Part shown: positions 50,594 through 61,876 of the stretch, piece by piece | Numbering within the stretch: position 1 is the first letter of the stretch | How the letters are laid out: each line of letters begins with the position of its first letter | NCBI GenBank assembly: GCA_963639495.1 | Contig: CAVHWE010000001.1 | Span: 4,704 to 68,703 of the forward strand | DNA from: a bacterium | Lineage (GTDB): Bacteria; Bacteroidota; Bacteroidia; Bacteroidales; Bacteroidaceae | Length of the DNA stretch: 64,000 nucleotides | Direction of reading: 5' to 3' | Program-made: the position numbers and the translations under genes | Notes under the pieces: generated by a model | The model's database searches: none | What the model was told of the DNA's origin: nothing | The model's input: only the letters and a program-made list of their open reading frames with translations

Positions 50594-53500
50594 ATGAGAA
50601 AAACATCTCAGAAATTCTCGCAGAGCCACATGCTCTGCAAAGTTGTTCTGGTAGCCATCATGTTGGTGTTCCAGGCAATGTTAGGAATCGGAGCGGGTGT
50701 CCTCAATGCTCAGACGGTTAAGGGTACTGTCATCTCTGGCAGTGACAATGAACCATTGATTGGTGCAAGTGTCATGGTGCAGGGTACAAAGACGGGTGCC
50801 GTTACTGACCTGGATGGTAACTTTACCATTGAAGCAAAGAATGGACAAACACTCGAAGTTTCGTATCTGGGCTTTATCACCCAAAAGATTAAAGTCACAG
50901 GTTCGACAATCAACGTAACCTTAAACGAAGACAAGCAGTCACTTGATGAAGTTGTCGTAGTAGGTTACGGTGTTCAGAAGAAAAAGCTGGTGACGGGTGC
51001 TACCGTTCAGTTGAAGGGTGACGACATCGCCAAGCTTAACACCACCAATCCTCTTTCTGCCATGCAGGGACAGACACCTGGTGTTAACATCGTTTCTACT
51101 TCTGGTCAGCCAGGTGCTGCCATGAGTGTTACCATTCGTGGTTTGGGTACCGTTGGAAACTCTCAGCCTCTTTACTTGATTGATGGTGTGGGTGGTGATA
51201 TCACCACCTTGAACCCAGCCGACATCGAGAGCATCGACGTATTGAAGGATGCCGCTTCTGCTGCTATCTATGGTGCGCAGGCTGCCAATGGTGTAGTCCT
51301 CGTTACAACCAAGAGCGGTAAGGAAGGTTCTTCCAAGATTACGTACGATGGTTATGTAGGTTGGCAGACGCTGGGACGCCAGATAAGTATGCTCAATGCC
51401 TCTGAGTATATGACAATTATGGATGAGGCTCGCCTCAACTCAGGTATGTCTCCTGTTGATTGGATGTCTTTGAGAGGTATTCGTAATGCAGAAGGTGTTA
51501 TCAATAATACAGACTGGATTGACCAGGCTGTAGATAATGGTGCCTTGACTACCAGCCACAGCTTGGCTTTCACTGGTGGTAGCAAAACTTCTACTTATTC
51601 TATTTCTGGTGGTTATACAGGACAGGACGGTCTCATTGGCGGTTCTGACGTTTCTTATTATAAGAGGTATAACCTTCGTGCCAATTCAGAGCACAAGATG
51701 TTCAATGGTTTGGTTACTGTAGGTGAGCATGTAGGCTTCGTCTATAAGGATAGCCGTGGCATGAACACAGGTAATATCTATAACAATAACCTTCGTGGTG
51801 CTTTCACAACTTCTCCTTTGGTTCCTGTTTATGATGCCAATGGAAACTTTAATTCTACAGAGAGTTCTGACTGGAATGTGAATGATGGTAACCCTTATGG
51901 TACCATGATGATGAACCGTTACAATCAGAGCAAGTCTACTTCTGTTGATGCAAACGTATATGTTCAGATTGAACCTATCAAGAATTTGAAGTTCAAGACA
52001 GTCTTTGCTGTTAATTACGGTGGTTCAGACTATCGTTCTTATTCTCCTGTTTATAAGTTTACTCCACAGAGTGGTAATGGTATCACTAAGGTTAGCCAGA
52101 GTGATGGTAGCGGTATCTCACTGGTTTGGACTAATACCCTGACTTATGATTTCAATATCAAGGAACATCATATCAATGCCTTGATTGGTAGCGAGACTTC
52201 TAAGTATGATGGTAGCTCTTCTGGTAGTACCGGTTATGGCTTGACCGCTGGTTTCAATGATTGGGATCATGCTTATGTCAAGAATACCGATCAGAGTTCA
52301 AGCGACCGTACTATCAGCGGTGCTCCATATAACCCTACTCGTGGACAGTCTTTCTTCGCTCGTTTGGGCTGGTCTTGGAAAGACCGTTATATGGTTAACG
52401 CAACCATGCGTGCCGATGGATCTTCTAAGTTTGCAAGAGGCAACCGTTGGGGTTACTTCCCATCTGTTTCTGCAGGTTGGACACTGACAGAGGAAAAGTT
52501 CATGAAGTCTACAGCTTCTTGGTTGGATTTCTTGAAACTCCGTCTCTCTTGGGGTCAGGTTGGTAATGCCAATGTTAACTGCTTCCAGTATTTAGCTCCT
52601 GTTACAACTTCAAAGACTAACTATAACTTTGGTGCTACTGGTGGTACAGATGCCTGGGTAATGGGTGCATATACCAGCCGCTTGGCAAATGAGAAAGTGA
52701 AGTGGGAGACTTCTGAACAGTACAACCTCGGTATCGATGCCCGTTTCCTCCGTCAGCGTCTTTCTCTGACATTCGATACTTATATCAAGAATACCAAGGA
52801 TTGGTTGGTACAGGCTCCTGTTCTTGCAACAGCCGGTACTCAAGGTCCAGTCATCAATGGTGGTGATGTAAAGAATAAGGGTGTCGAACTTGGTCTTTCC
52901 TGGAATGATCAGATTGGCAAGGACTTTGTTTATAGTGTAGGTGCCAACTTCGCTTACAACCACAATGAAGTAGGTAATATTCCTACATTGGATGGTATCA
53001 TCCATGGTGCTACCAACCAGATTTATCAGAATGCAGAAGAGTTCTATCGTGCAGAGAATGGTCATGCAATCGGTTACTTCTGGGGTTACAAGACAGCAGG
53101 CATCTTCCAGAGCCAGCAGGATATCAATAATTGGATTGCTGCCGGTAATGGTGTGCTCCAGTCAAATGTACAGCCTGGTGATGTAAAGTATGTTGATGTT
53201 AACCATGATGGTGCTATCAATGCTAATGATAAGGTTGATCTGGGTAATGGTCTTCCTAAGTATACTTTCGGCTTCAATTTTACCCTTGGTTATAAGGGCT
53301 TTGATTTGAGTGCAAACTTCACTGGCGCTGCCGGTTTCCAGATTGCACAGTCTTATCGTGATCCTAGTGGTTCACAGGGCAATTACAGTCATCGCATTTT
53401 AGGCAGATGGACAGGTGAGGGTACAACCAATGAGATGCCTCGTGTTACATACGGAGACGTAGGTAACTGGTTGTTCTCAGACCTCTATTTGCAGGATGGT

Positions 53501-53758
53501 GACTACATCCGTTTGCAGAACCTTACCTTGGGTTATGATTTCAAGAAACTTATCTCTTGGAAGGGTCTCTCTAAGTTGCGCCTCTATTTCCAGGTGCAGA
53601 ATCTCTTTACTTTGACCAAGTATGATGGTATGGATCCTGAAATTGGTTCATACAATGGTACAGATGGTAACAGCAGCGACTCTTGGGTATCAGGAGTTGA
53701 TATGGGTTACTATCCACACCCACGTACTTTCATTGTAGGTGTAAATGTTGCATTCTAA
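50594..53758 (+). CDS. susC: SusC/RagA TonB-dependent transporter
   Basis: LDEVVVVGYG, IESIDVLKDAASAAIYG, KWETSEQ, C-terminal YPHPRTFIVGVNVAF. Confidence 0.97.
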   Translation: MRKTSQKFSQSHMLCKVVLVAIMLVFQAMLGIGAGVLNAQTVKGTVISGSDNEPLIGASVMVQGTKTGAVTDLDGNFTIEAKNGQTLEVSYLGFITQKIKVTGSTINVTLNEDKQSLDEVVVVGYGVQKKKLVTGATVQLKGDDIAKLNTTNPLSAMQGQTPGVNIVSTSGQPGAAMSVTIRGLGTVGNSQPLYLIDGVGGDITTLNPADIESIDVLKDAASAAIYGAQAANGVVLVTTKSGKEGSSKITYDGYVGWQTLGRQISMLNASEYMTIMDEARLNSGMSPVDWMSLRGIRNAEGVINNTDWIDQAVDNGALTTSHSLAFTGGSKTSTYSISGGYTGQDGLIGGSDVSYYKRYNLRANSEHKMFNGLVTVGEHVGFVYKDSRGMNTGNIYNNNLRGAFTTSPLVPVYDANGNFNSTESSDWNVNDGNPYGTMMMNRYNQSKSTSVDANVYVQIEPIKNLKFKTVFAVNYGGSDYRSYSPVYKFTPQSGNGITKVSQSDGSGISLVWTNTLTYDFNIKEHHINALIGSETSKYDGSSSGSTGYGLTAGFNDWDHAYVKNTDQSSSDRTISGAPYNPTRGQSFFARLGWSWKDRYMVNATMRADGSSKFARGNRWGYFPSVSAGWTLTEEKFMKSTASWLDFLKLRLSWGQVGNANVNCFQYLAPVTTSKTNYNFGATGGTDAWVMGAYTSRLANEKVKWETSEQYNLGIDARFLRQRLSLTFDTYIKNTKDWLVQAPVLATAGTQGPVINGGDVKNKGVELGLSWNDQIGKDFVYSVGANFAYNHNEVGNIPTLDGIIHGATNQIYQNAEEFYRAENGHAIGYFWGYKTAGIFQSQQDINNWIAAGNGVLQSNVQPGDVKYVDVNHDGAINANDKVDLGNGLPKYTFGFNFTLGYKGFDLSANFTGAAGFQIAQSYRDPSGSQGNYSHRILGRWTGEGTTNEMPRVTYGDVGNWLFSDLYLQDGDYIRLQNLTLGYDFKKLISWKGLSKLRLYFQVQNLFTLTKYDGMDPEIGSYNGTDGNSSDSWVSGVDMGYYPHPRTFIVGVNVAF

Positions 53759-53777
53759 CTCTAAAATTGAAAGTGAT

Positions 53778-55454
53778 ATGAAAAGAAAACATATATTCAT
53801 GAGTGCGTTGATTTTGTCAGCCTTGACACTTACTTCGTGCGATGATTTCTTAGATACAGAGTCCAAGACCGACCTCAACTCTGAAACTGCTTACAGTAAT
53901 GCAGAGACAGCAGAGATTGATCTCGTGGGCTGTTATGATGGATGGCAACGTACCTATACAGATGCGGGTGTCGGCATGTATCTGATGGCTGAGTTTGCTT
54001 CAGATCAGGCTTTTGCAGGTTTGGGTCTCTCTGATGCCAAGAATAACAATGTGATTGACCAGTTTGATATTAGCATTGCTCCTTCGTATAACGACTTGTT
54101 CAATACAGATTGGAAGAACTATTATGCAGCTATCTTTCGCTGTAATCAGTTGATTGCTGCAGAGAGTACCATCAATTGGGGTGGTAATGACAAGGTGAAG
54201 GGTCGCATTCTCGGTGAGGCTCGCGCTATCCGTGCCATCCTGTATTTTGATATGGCTCGCCTGTTCGGTGATGTGCCTTTGCTGTTGACACCATCTGAGG
54301 AAAACATTCCTCGTACACCGGTTAAGGATGTTTACCAGGCTATCTTTGATGACTTCAAGTATGCTATCGCCAATATTCCTGTCGATGCTTATCCGCTCGA
54401 CAATCGTGATAGCAATGATGGTCGTATTACCAAGTATGCTGCCGAGGCTATGATGGCTCGCGCGTACCTCTATTATACAGGTTACTATGGTGAGGAGCAT
54501 CCTGCTTGCTCTAAGTCGGATGCTGTTGTTGCAATCAATGATGTGGTTGTAAATGGTGGATATGAGTTGGAGGCCAACTACAAGAATCTCTGGATGCCTG
54601 CTTGTACTAAGGATGCTTCTTCTAACGGAGAGTATGCATGGAGTACAACTTATGCAGGTAAGTGGTATGATGGTAAGACCTGGAAAGCTGGTCAGGGTAG
54701 TCTCTCTAAAGAGATAGTGCTCAACATGAAGTTCAATTCTACCCACGACTATAATGGAAATGGTGATGGTAACACCTTCTCTGTTTATCTGGGTCCTCGT
54801 AACCGCAGTGCTGCTGATATTTGCATCGCTAGTGGATGGGGAGCTTGCTCAGTTACTCCTTCTTTCGTAGAGCAGTTTAAGAACGATACTCGTTTCTCTG
54901 CCTGTGCATGGAGCTGCAAGGAAGCAGGATTCACTCCTGACTTGAGTGATACCTACGAATACACAGGTTACTATACTCGCAAGTATGCACCTATGTGTTT
55001 TGCAGATGGTACCCGTCAGGAGGTAGGTTTCAAACTCGGTGAACAGCACCAGAATATCACCTACTATCAGGATTATACCATCATGCGTTATGCTGATGTT
55101 CTCTTGATGCAGTCTGAGTTGACAGGTTCTAACTCTGGTTTGAATCAGGTTCGTGCCCGTGCCGGTGAACTCCCAGAGGAGTATAGCATTGACAATATCC
55201 GTAAGGAGCGTGCTATTGAGTTTGCTTTCGAAGGTCTTCGCTATTGGGATCTGATGCGCTACGAAAAGGACGGAGCTTTTGCTGCTAAGACAATTGCTGA
55301 GGCTCAGAATGGTGCTTCTGTCCAGAATGGTGGTGCTGCTGCAAAGACCAAGTTCGTGGAGTCAAACTTTACGACCAAGAAGGGCTTGATGCAGATTCCT
55401 AATACTCAGATTACACTTTCTGGTAATGTCTTGACACAGAACCCAGGATGGTAA
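53778..55454 (+). CDS. susD: SusD/RagB glycan-binding lipoprotein (start at ATG 53778)
   Basis: LTSC-DDFLD lipoprotein signal, GEARAIRA, RYADVLL, ERAIEFAFEGLRYWDL, QNPGW. Confidence 0.95.
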   Translation: MKRKHIFMSALILSALTLTSCDDFLDTESKTDLNSETAYSNAETAEIDLVGCYDGWQRTYTDAGVGMYLMAEFASDQAFAGLGLSDAKNNNVIDQFDISIAPSYNDLFNTDWKNYYAAIFRCNQLIAAESTINWGGNDKVKGRILGEARAIRAILYFDMARLFGDVPLLLTPSEENIPRTPVKDVYQAIFDDFKYAIANIPVDAYPLDNRDSNDGRITKYAAEAMMARAYLYYTGYYGEEHPACSKSDAVVAINDVVVNGGYELEANYKNLWMPACTKDASSNGEYAWSTTYAGKWYDGKTWKAGQGSLSKEIVLNMKFNSTHDYNGNGDGNTFSVYLGPRNRSAADICIASGWGACSVTPSFVEQFKNDTRFSACAWSCKEAGFTPDLSDTYEYTGYYTRKYAPMCFADGTRQEVGFKLGEQHQNITYYQDYTIMRYADVLLMQSELTGSNSGLNQVRARAGELPEEYSIDNIRKERAIEFAFEGLRYWDLMRYEKDGAFAAKTIAEAQNGASVQNGGAAAKTKFVESNFTTKKGLMQIPNTQITLSGNVLTQNPGW

Positions 55455-55493
55455 TAAGTATAGTTGATTTTAATCATTTAAAAATCGGAAAAT

Positions 55494-57593
55494 ATGAAAT
55501 TATTCAATCATATATATATGGTACTTGCCATATTTGCTACATTCTTGATGGCGGCTTGTTCGCCAGACGACTTGAGCATGGGCGGCAAGTCTTACTCTCC
55601 TGAGGAATTGGTGGAGGGAAAGGCTTATACCGTGACCATTAATGGCAATGTTGTGACCTTGACATCCAATATTCCTGATTGTACGGCTCTTTGGATTACT
55701 CCTTCAGGTCGTTCTCAGAAACCGGTTCAGAAATTGGAGTTGCCATTTGCTGGTGACTACGAGGTTACTTTTGGTGTTGAGACCAATGGTGGTGTGGTTT
55801 ATGGTGAACCATACAAGTTTAATCTTCCACAGAACGACTTCTCGCTCTTGAACGATAACAAGTGGTTCTACCTGGCTGATCAGAATTATAAGGGCGGTCA
55901 GTTCCCTGATGCTGAGACTTTGGCTGCTGGTGTCAAGAAAAGATGGATTCCTTGCTATGCAAGTTTTGGCATCGGTCAGTGTTCTGGTCCTGTGATGTAT
56001 GCATACCCTTATGACCCTGATGGTGATGGCAAGGGATTTACTGAGGATGATAAGCTCGGCAATGTTTACAAGGATATTCTCTTTGAGAACTTTAAGCCAA
56101 ACTGGGATCCTGGATTCCAGAGCTGGTTGATTCCTGAGACTGACCCTTATATGGATTCATATATGGAGTTCAGTATGGATGCCAAGAATGGTTGTGTGGC
56201 TACGATGTATCGTGGTGAGGCTGGAACTAAGGGAGCTAGTACTGGCTCTAATCTCATTGGTAAGTTCAACATGAACTTGGAAGAGAAGACCATGCCTAAG
56301 ATTTCGTTCTCTGATTGTTATGCCATGCACAACGTAGGCTTTGATGCAGTTTGCTCTAACTATACCCAGGATATCTCTATAGTTGAACTGACTCCTTATA
56401 TGCTTCAGTTGGCTACTCGTCGTACAAACTCAGAGGGTAACTGGTATATCATCTGGAACTTCGTTTCTGAGGAAGTTAAGACTACTAATGGTAAGTGTAT
56501 CCCTGCTGCCGACAAGCTCTTGGATGTTGTTTCTCCTAAACTTCCTGAGTATCCTAACTTGGCAACAGATTTGTTCACTATCGAACATAATGATGTATGT
56601 TATGTTGGTAATAAGGCTACATTCATTCTCGATTCAGAAAAGCCTTACGATATCTTGTGGTGGAACAATTCTCCATTTAAATACGAAACATCGAATACGA
56701 ATGGTGTACCTAGCAAGCAGGAGATGGCTGTTCAGAATGCGGCTCGCTGGAAGTCTGTAATAGGTGATAAGTATAACAATACATGGGCTCCTAAGCCAGC
56801 AGACGCTGTAGTGGATAACTTCCAGCTTTCTATTGAGAAGATTACGGGTCAGGATTTCTACAAGTTCACTTGTACAGACTGCGAAGGCCAGGAACTCGAA
56901 GGTAGAATGGAAATCAAGGATGGCAACAAGCTGGTATTCAACAAGTATATCAATATCATTGCAGCTTCTAGCGATAAGCGTACTATCAAGTTGAGAACTC
57001 GTGAGTTTACAGTCTTGGGCGAGGATGCTGCTGGTCAGTTGATGATTGGTGTTCCTGAAGCAAAGGATGCTGATGGTAATGTCAATACTTATCTCGTAGC
57101 TTGCCTTAACCATAAGGCTATTGGTGGTGGACAGACTGGTCCTACCATCGTGGGTATTGACGCAACTAAGATTCCTGACAAACTTTGGACAGAGAATGGT
57201 TGTCTCCGTTTAGGTTTCTGGCATTACGGAGCTTCTGGTTCTGGTATCTTCAAGGATGAAATTGGCAAAATTAAATTGAAAAAGAATCAGACTATCACAG
57301 TAGTCTTCAAGATTAATAGTGGTATTACATGGTCTACTACTCCAAAATGTGCTTTGATTACTGATAATAAGACTATAGGTGGTACTTGGGAACCAAAGCG
57401 CTTTGAACAGGCTGATGCAGTTGAACTGAATACTAATGGAGAGACAACTGTCTCTTTGAGAAATACGTCAGGTTCAACAGTTACCTTTACTGACACCTGC
57501 CTCGACCTTTCTATACAGTTGGATGGTTATGGCACTTTGGATGGTGATGCCTCAGCTGTAGGTTTGGAGATTGTTTCTTGTACGATTCAATAA
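55494..57593 (+). CDS. Surface lipoprotein, probable glycan-binding protein
   Basis: MAAC-SPDD lipoprotein signal; position after susD; Trp/Tyr-rich. Confidence 0.7.
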   Translation: MKLFNHIYMVLAIFATFLMAACSPDDLSMGGKSYSPEELVEGKAYTVTINGNVVTLTSNIPDCTALWITPSGRSQKPVQKLELPFAGDYEVTFGVETNGGVVYGEPYKFNLPQNDFSLLNDNKWFYLADQNYKGGQFPDAETLAAGVKKRWIPCYASFGIGQCSGPVMYAYPYDPDGDGKGFTEDDKLGNVYKDILFENFKPNWDPGFQSWLIPETDPYMDSYMEFSMDAKNGCVATMYRGEAGTKGASTGSNLIGKFNMNLEEKTMPKISFSDCYAMHNVGFDAVCSNYTQDISIVELTPYMLQLATRRTNSEGNWYIIWNFVSEEVKTTNGKCIPAADKLLDVVSPKLPEYPNLATDLFTIEHNDVCYVGNKATFILDSEKPYDILWWNNSPFKYETSNTNGVPSKQEMAVQNAARWKSVIGDKYNNTWAPKPADAVVDNFQLSIEKITGQDFYKFTCTDCEGQELEGRMEIKDGNKLVFNKYINIIAASSDKRTIKLRTREFTVLGEDAAGQLMIGVPEAKDADGNVNTYLVACLNHKAIGGGQTGPTIVGIDATKIPDKLWTENGCLRLGFWHYGASGSGIFKDEIGKIKLKKNQTITVVFKINSGITWSTTPKCALITDNKTIGGTWEPKRFEQADAVELNTNGETTVSLRNTSGSTVTFTDTCLDLSIQLDGYGTLDGDASAVGLEIVSCTIQ

Positions 57594-57611
57594 CTTTAAT
57601 AGAATTCAATT

Positions 57612-60263
57612 ATGAAGAATAAAATATTATTTGGAATAATGGCATTTGTCATGAGCATCTTCTTCGCAGGATGCTCTGACGATGACTATTCTCCTAGCAC
57701 AACCCCATTGCTGGATGAAAATTCCGTTGTTACGGGGTCTGCTGACGTTACAGCCTCTTCTGCTATCTTCCATGGTACGGTGAAGGGACTCGAAAGTCAG
57801 TCGTCCGGATCTTACACTGTAGGATTCATGTATGGTGATGCCGAGGACAATCTTTCTGAGAAGGTAACCGGCGAAAGTACCTCTGAGTTCAGTGCATCTA
57901 TCTCTGGTACTCCTGGTCAGGTGGTTTACTATCAGGCTTTCGTTACCTTGCAGGGTCATGTTACTTATACGGGTACTGTATCCAGTGCAGTCTTGACCGA
58001 TTCCAAGGCTATCACTGGTGAAGTGAAAGATCTGACAGCTACCACAGTTACTTTCCAGGCTTCTTTGGAGAAAGCTCCTGCTGATGCCGTAAGCGGTATT
58101 ATCCTGTCACCTGATACAAAGACAGAGAAAATCCGCAAGGGTGTACGAATTCAGGCTGATGGTATCAACGACAACTATGAGGTGAAGACAGAAGGTTTGT
58201 TGCCTAATACTACTTATCATTACACAGCTTACCTCGACTTGGGTAATGGTGTTGTCTATGGTGAGGAAAGAGAGTTTACAACTCCTGAGTCTAACTTTGA
58301 TCCTGATAATGATCTTGTAGACCTTGGTCTCTCTACCAAGTGGGCTAAGTATAATGTAGGTGCTACTAAGGAAACTGAACTTGGTGGTCTCTTCGGCTTT
58401 GGTGATATGACAGGTTTCAAGACCAGCGTTTTAATGGAAGATTATGCTTCAGAAGACATCTATAAGACTGATCGTGATGTTGCCAACAAGGCTTATGGCT
58501 CTTGGTTGACAATGCCAACTGTGGAAGAGTTTGAGGAGTTGTTTAATGAGTGTAAGAAAGAATGGGTAGAACAGGCAGGTGTAGCTGGTTACAAGCTTAC
58601 AGGTCCTAATGGTAACTCCATCTTCTTGCCTGCTGCAGGTTCTCGTACTCAGCAGACCGTTTCTGGTCAGGGTATCAATGGTCTCTATCTCTCTGGTTCT
58701 ATCAATCCTGCTGACAAGCAGTTTGCTTTGGGCTACAGTTTCGACCGTAATTCAGACCGTCGTACTTCTACTCCAGTTTATCAGGCATTGGCTATCCGCC
58801 CTGTATCTGTGGCTAAGAACGTGAAGTTTGACAAGGCTAAGCTGATTGGTCAGACTTGGGAGATTGACCTCCGCTTGGATGGTTCTCACTATAAGTTTGA
58901 TGGACCTACCTATTTCTATGGAAATGATGATAGTTGGGCTACTGTCACCAACAACCAGCCTGTAGTAGGCAACAGTTGGTGCTGGGCTGCTGACTATGCA
59001 CGTAATCAGTGGGCAGTAGGTGGCTCTGACAAGGATGACTTTGGTGTAAAGAACTGCCAGGGCACTATGACTTTCAATGAGGATGGTACCGTTAAGGTTC
59101 ATCAATATGTTGCTGGTGCCGATGGCGCTGAGGGAACTTTCCAGGATACGGAAGGTACCTATACCATCGATGAGAAGAATAAAACCGTGAAGTTAAGCAT
59201 CATGCCATTGATGCCAGCTAACTTTATTGGTGCTGTGAAGGAAACGGCTAATTCTGAGATTCGTATCTTGTCTTTGACAGATGAAACCCTACAGTTGGCA
59301 GTTACTCGTGCAAGTGACAACCAGTACATGAGTATCAACTTTGTAACCTCTGATGCCAAGAATGGCTATCCGGTCGAGTTCCGTTGCGCTGGCGAAGAGG
59401 GTGATTGGACAATTGTTCCAAGTGTAGTAAAGGGTGGTTCAAAGGCTGTTGGTGATTATACAGTAACGTTTAACGCCTCAAAACCTCATAAGAACGCTCA
59501 GGTGGTTTATTTGGATATAGATGGATTTAGTGAAAAATACCCTAAAGCTTTAGTTAGAATTAATTCTATTAAGGCAGATGGTAAGGAAGTGAAGTTTGAT
59601 GCTAATAAATTCCACTATGGTGATATTGAGGGTAAAGGTAATTATCGTGTAGAATTGTTTAATATTTATGGTTCTGGTACGAACGTTAATTCTCCTTTCC
59701 GTAAAGAAGGTGGAGGTAACAATGAACCTGCTCTTGACTTTAATAAAACGTTAGAGATTTCATATACTGTAGTTTCTACAACTAGTGATGGTACTGGCGT
59801 CTACACTCCTACATTCAATGCCGTTCGTGGCTGGGGTGAAGGTGAGGCTCAGTTGTGGGGATATAACGATGGTTCTACTTTGAAAGTTGTTAAGAGTGAC
59901 AAGGGTCAATACTCTCTCGAGAACAATCAATTCGATATGACTTATGAAGGTTCTGGCTTTGAAGGTGGTACTATCATGACCTTTATCGAGTTTGCTGACC
60001 TTTATGGTTTCTTCCCAGGCACACACAGTACTTTGGATGAGTTCTATCTTGACGGTCAGGCTGTTTCTTACGATAAGTCTAAGGTGATTGACTCCAATGA
60101 GAATCCTAAGTATCGTTTGGAATTATTTAATTGCTATGGTGCTACAAAGGATAATTGTGCATTTGGTGTCAAGGATGGTGATTTGATGCGAGAGCTGGGC
60201 TTTAAGAAGTCTATGCGCGCTAAGTTCACTGTTCATAGCCTCTTCCCAGTACCACAGTGGTAA
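57612..60263 (+). CDS. Multidomain surface lipoprotein, probable glycan-binding protein
   Basis: FAGC-SDDD signal; two Fn3-like repeats, a VDLGLSTKWA...IFLPAAG module, and two C-terminal repeats containing YR.ELFN.YG. Confidence 0.7.
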   Translation: MKNKILFGIMAFVMSIFFAGCSDDDYSPSTTPLLDENSVVTGSADVTASSAIFHGTVKGLESQSSGSYTVGFMYGDAEDNLSEKVTGESTSEFSASISGTPGQVVYYQAFVTLQGHVTYTGTVSSAVLTDSKAITGEVKDLTATTVTFQASLEKAPADAVSGIILSPDTKTEKIRKGVRIQADGINDNYEVKTEGLLPNTTYHYTAYLDLGNGVVYGEEREFTTPESNFDPDNDLVDLGLSTKWAKYNVGATKETELGGLFGFGDMTGFKTSVLMEDYASEDIYKTDRDVANKAYGSWLTMPTVEEFEELFNECKKEWVEQAGVAGYKLTGPNGNSIFLPAAGSRTQQTVSGQGINGLYLSGSINPADKQFALGYSFDRNSDRRTSTPVYQALAIRPVSVAKNVKFDKAKLIGQTWEIDLRLDGSHYKFDGPTYFYGNDDSWATVTNNQPVVGNSWCWAADYARNQWAVGGSDKDDFGVKNCQGTMTFNEDGTVKVHQYVAGADGAEGTFQDTEGTYTIDEKNKTVKLSIMPLMPANFIGAVKETANSEIRILSLTDETLQLAVTRASDNQYMSINFVTSDAKNGYPVEFRCAGEEGDWTIVPSVVKGGSKAVGDYTVTFNASKPHKNAQVVYLDIDGFSEKYPKALVRINSIKADGKEVKFDANKFHYGDIEGKGNYRVELFNIYGSGTNVNSPFRKEGGGNNEPALDFNKTLEISYTVVSTTSDGTGVYTPTFNAVRGWGEGEAQLWGYNDGSTLKVVKSDKGQYSLENNQFDMTYEGSGFEGGTIMTFIEFADLYGFFPGTHSTLDEFYLDGQAVSYDKSKVIDSNENPKYRLELFNCYGATKDNCAFGVKDGDLMRELGFKKSMRAKFTVHSLFPVPQW

Positions 60264-60293
60264 AAATAACGTAGTACGTAAAAATATACGATT

Positions 60294-61859
60294 ATGAAGA
60301 AAGTAAAATTGATATTTGCAACTATGCTTGCCTTATGTTTTTGTTTCGTGATGGCGGCATGTAGTGATGACGATAATGATGTTACTGAAATCTTCCATGT
60401 TGAGGGCACAGAGTTTGCCCTCAGCAACGAAGCTGCTACAGGAACATTCTCGGTGACGGCATCCAGTAAACCGCTCGTTGTGGTCAGAGACAAGGATGAC
60501 GCCGGTAAGAAAGTGGATGTCTCTTGGCTTACCTTGACAGAGGGTAGTACAGAGGGAAATGTATATAACTATTCTTTCGCAGTTTCTACGAACAAGAAAG
60601 ATGATTCTCGCAGCCTTCTCATCAAGGTGACACAGGGTACCAACATGAAGGAGATTTCTATCACTCAGGCAGGTGAACCTCTTGTTGTTCCTGAAGGAGA
60701 GATGGCTCACAATGCCAAGGAACTGGCAAGCATGATGTATGCCGGCATCAACCTCGGCAACTTGTTGGAGGCTCCATCAGGTGAGGGTTCTTGGAGAAAT
60801 GATGGTAAAATTTCTGAGGAGTATATCAAGAGTTTGAAGAATGCTGGTTTCAATACCGTCCGTATTCCTTGCGCTTGGGCAGCTCACTTTACTCATCGTT
60901 CTACAGATCCTGCTTACACCATTGATACCAAATGGCTTCATCGTGTAAAGAAAGTCATCAGCTGGTGTGTTCAGAATGATATGTATGTTATCCTCAATTG
61001 TCATTATGATAAGGATAGTGATACTGATAGCAATGGCGGTTGGCTTGAAGATAATATCTTCAACGATCTGTTGGAACCATCTATCATTGCAAGACAGAAG
61101 GCTATCTGGACTCAAGTGGCTTCTTACATGAAGGACTTTGATGAGCACCTCCTCTTTGCTGCTTGTAATGAGCCAGGTATGAACGAAACTTCTGGTAAAC
61201 CGGAAATGTGGGGTGATAAATATGCTGTGGAGCGTGTGGTTAGATATGAGCAGACCATGATAGATGCTGTTCGAGCTACTGGTGGTAATAATGCTTCTCG
61301 TACTATCATCGTTCAGGGACTCGGTGCTGATATCTCAAATACCTGCAACTATATGGATAACGCAAATGAAACAGATGTGGCAACATTCCCTACCGACAAG
61401 GTGCCAGACCGTCTGATGGTAGAGGTTCACTTCTATGAGCCATATCAGTTCTGTTTGATGGATAAGGATGAGAATTGGGGTAATATGTATTATTACTGGG
61501 GCAAGGATAATAAACTTGCTGGCAGCAACCGTAATACTCCTGACTCTTCTGCTGAGGCATGGGTTGACGCTCAGATGGCTAAGATGAAGGCTAAGTTCGT
61601 AGACAAGGGCATCCCTGTTCTTCTTGGTGAGTATGCCGCTACCTTCCGTACATTAGGAGAAGGTGAAAATCAGGAATTGCACGATAAGTCTGTGGCTTAC
61701 TACGACGAGTATGTTACCAAGGTTGCCAAGGATAATGGTTGTGTGCCTTGCTACTGGGAGACTGGTGACGTGATAGATTGCACCAATGGCGTAGTGAAGA
61801 AACAGTATATCTTTGATGCCATCATGAAGGGTGCAAGCCAGGGTAAATACCCATGGTAA
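60294..61859 (+). CDS. BACON-domain GH5 endoglycanase lipoprotein (likely GH5_4, xyloglucan/mixed-linkage glucan type)
   Basis: AAC-SDDD signal; BACON-like ISITQAG; GINLGN, RIPCAW, LNCH, NEP acid/base, HFYEPY, LGEY nucleophile. Confidence 0.88.
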   Translation: MKKVKLIFATMLALCFCFVMAACSDDDNDVTEIFHVEGTEFALSNEAATGTFSVTASSKPLVVVRDKDDAGKKVDVSWLTLTEGSTEGNVYNYSFAVSTNKKDDSRSLLIKVTQGTNMKEISITQAGEPLVVPEGEMAHNAKELASMMYAGINLGNLLEAPSGEGSWRNDGKISEEYIKSLKNAGFNTVRIPCAWAAHFTHRSTDPAYTIDTKWLHRVKKVISWCVQNDMYVILNCHYDKDSDTDSNGGWLEDNIFNDLLEPSIIARQKAIWTQVASYMKDFDEHLLFAACNEPGMNETSGKPEMWGDKYAVERVVRYEQTMIDAVRATGGNNASRTIIVQGLGADISNTCNYMDNANETDVATFPTDKVPDRLMVEVHFYEPYQFCLMDKDENWGNMYYYWGKDNKLAGSNRNTPDSSAEAWVDAQMAKMKAKFVDKGIPVLLGEYAATFRTLGEGENQELHDKSVAYYDEYVTKVAKDNGCVPCYWETGDVIDCTNGVVKKQYIFDAIMKGASQGKYPW

Positions 61860-61876
61860 TAAGAAATAAGATATTA

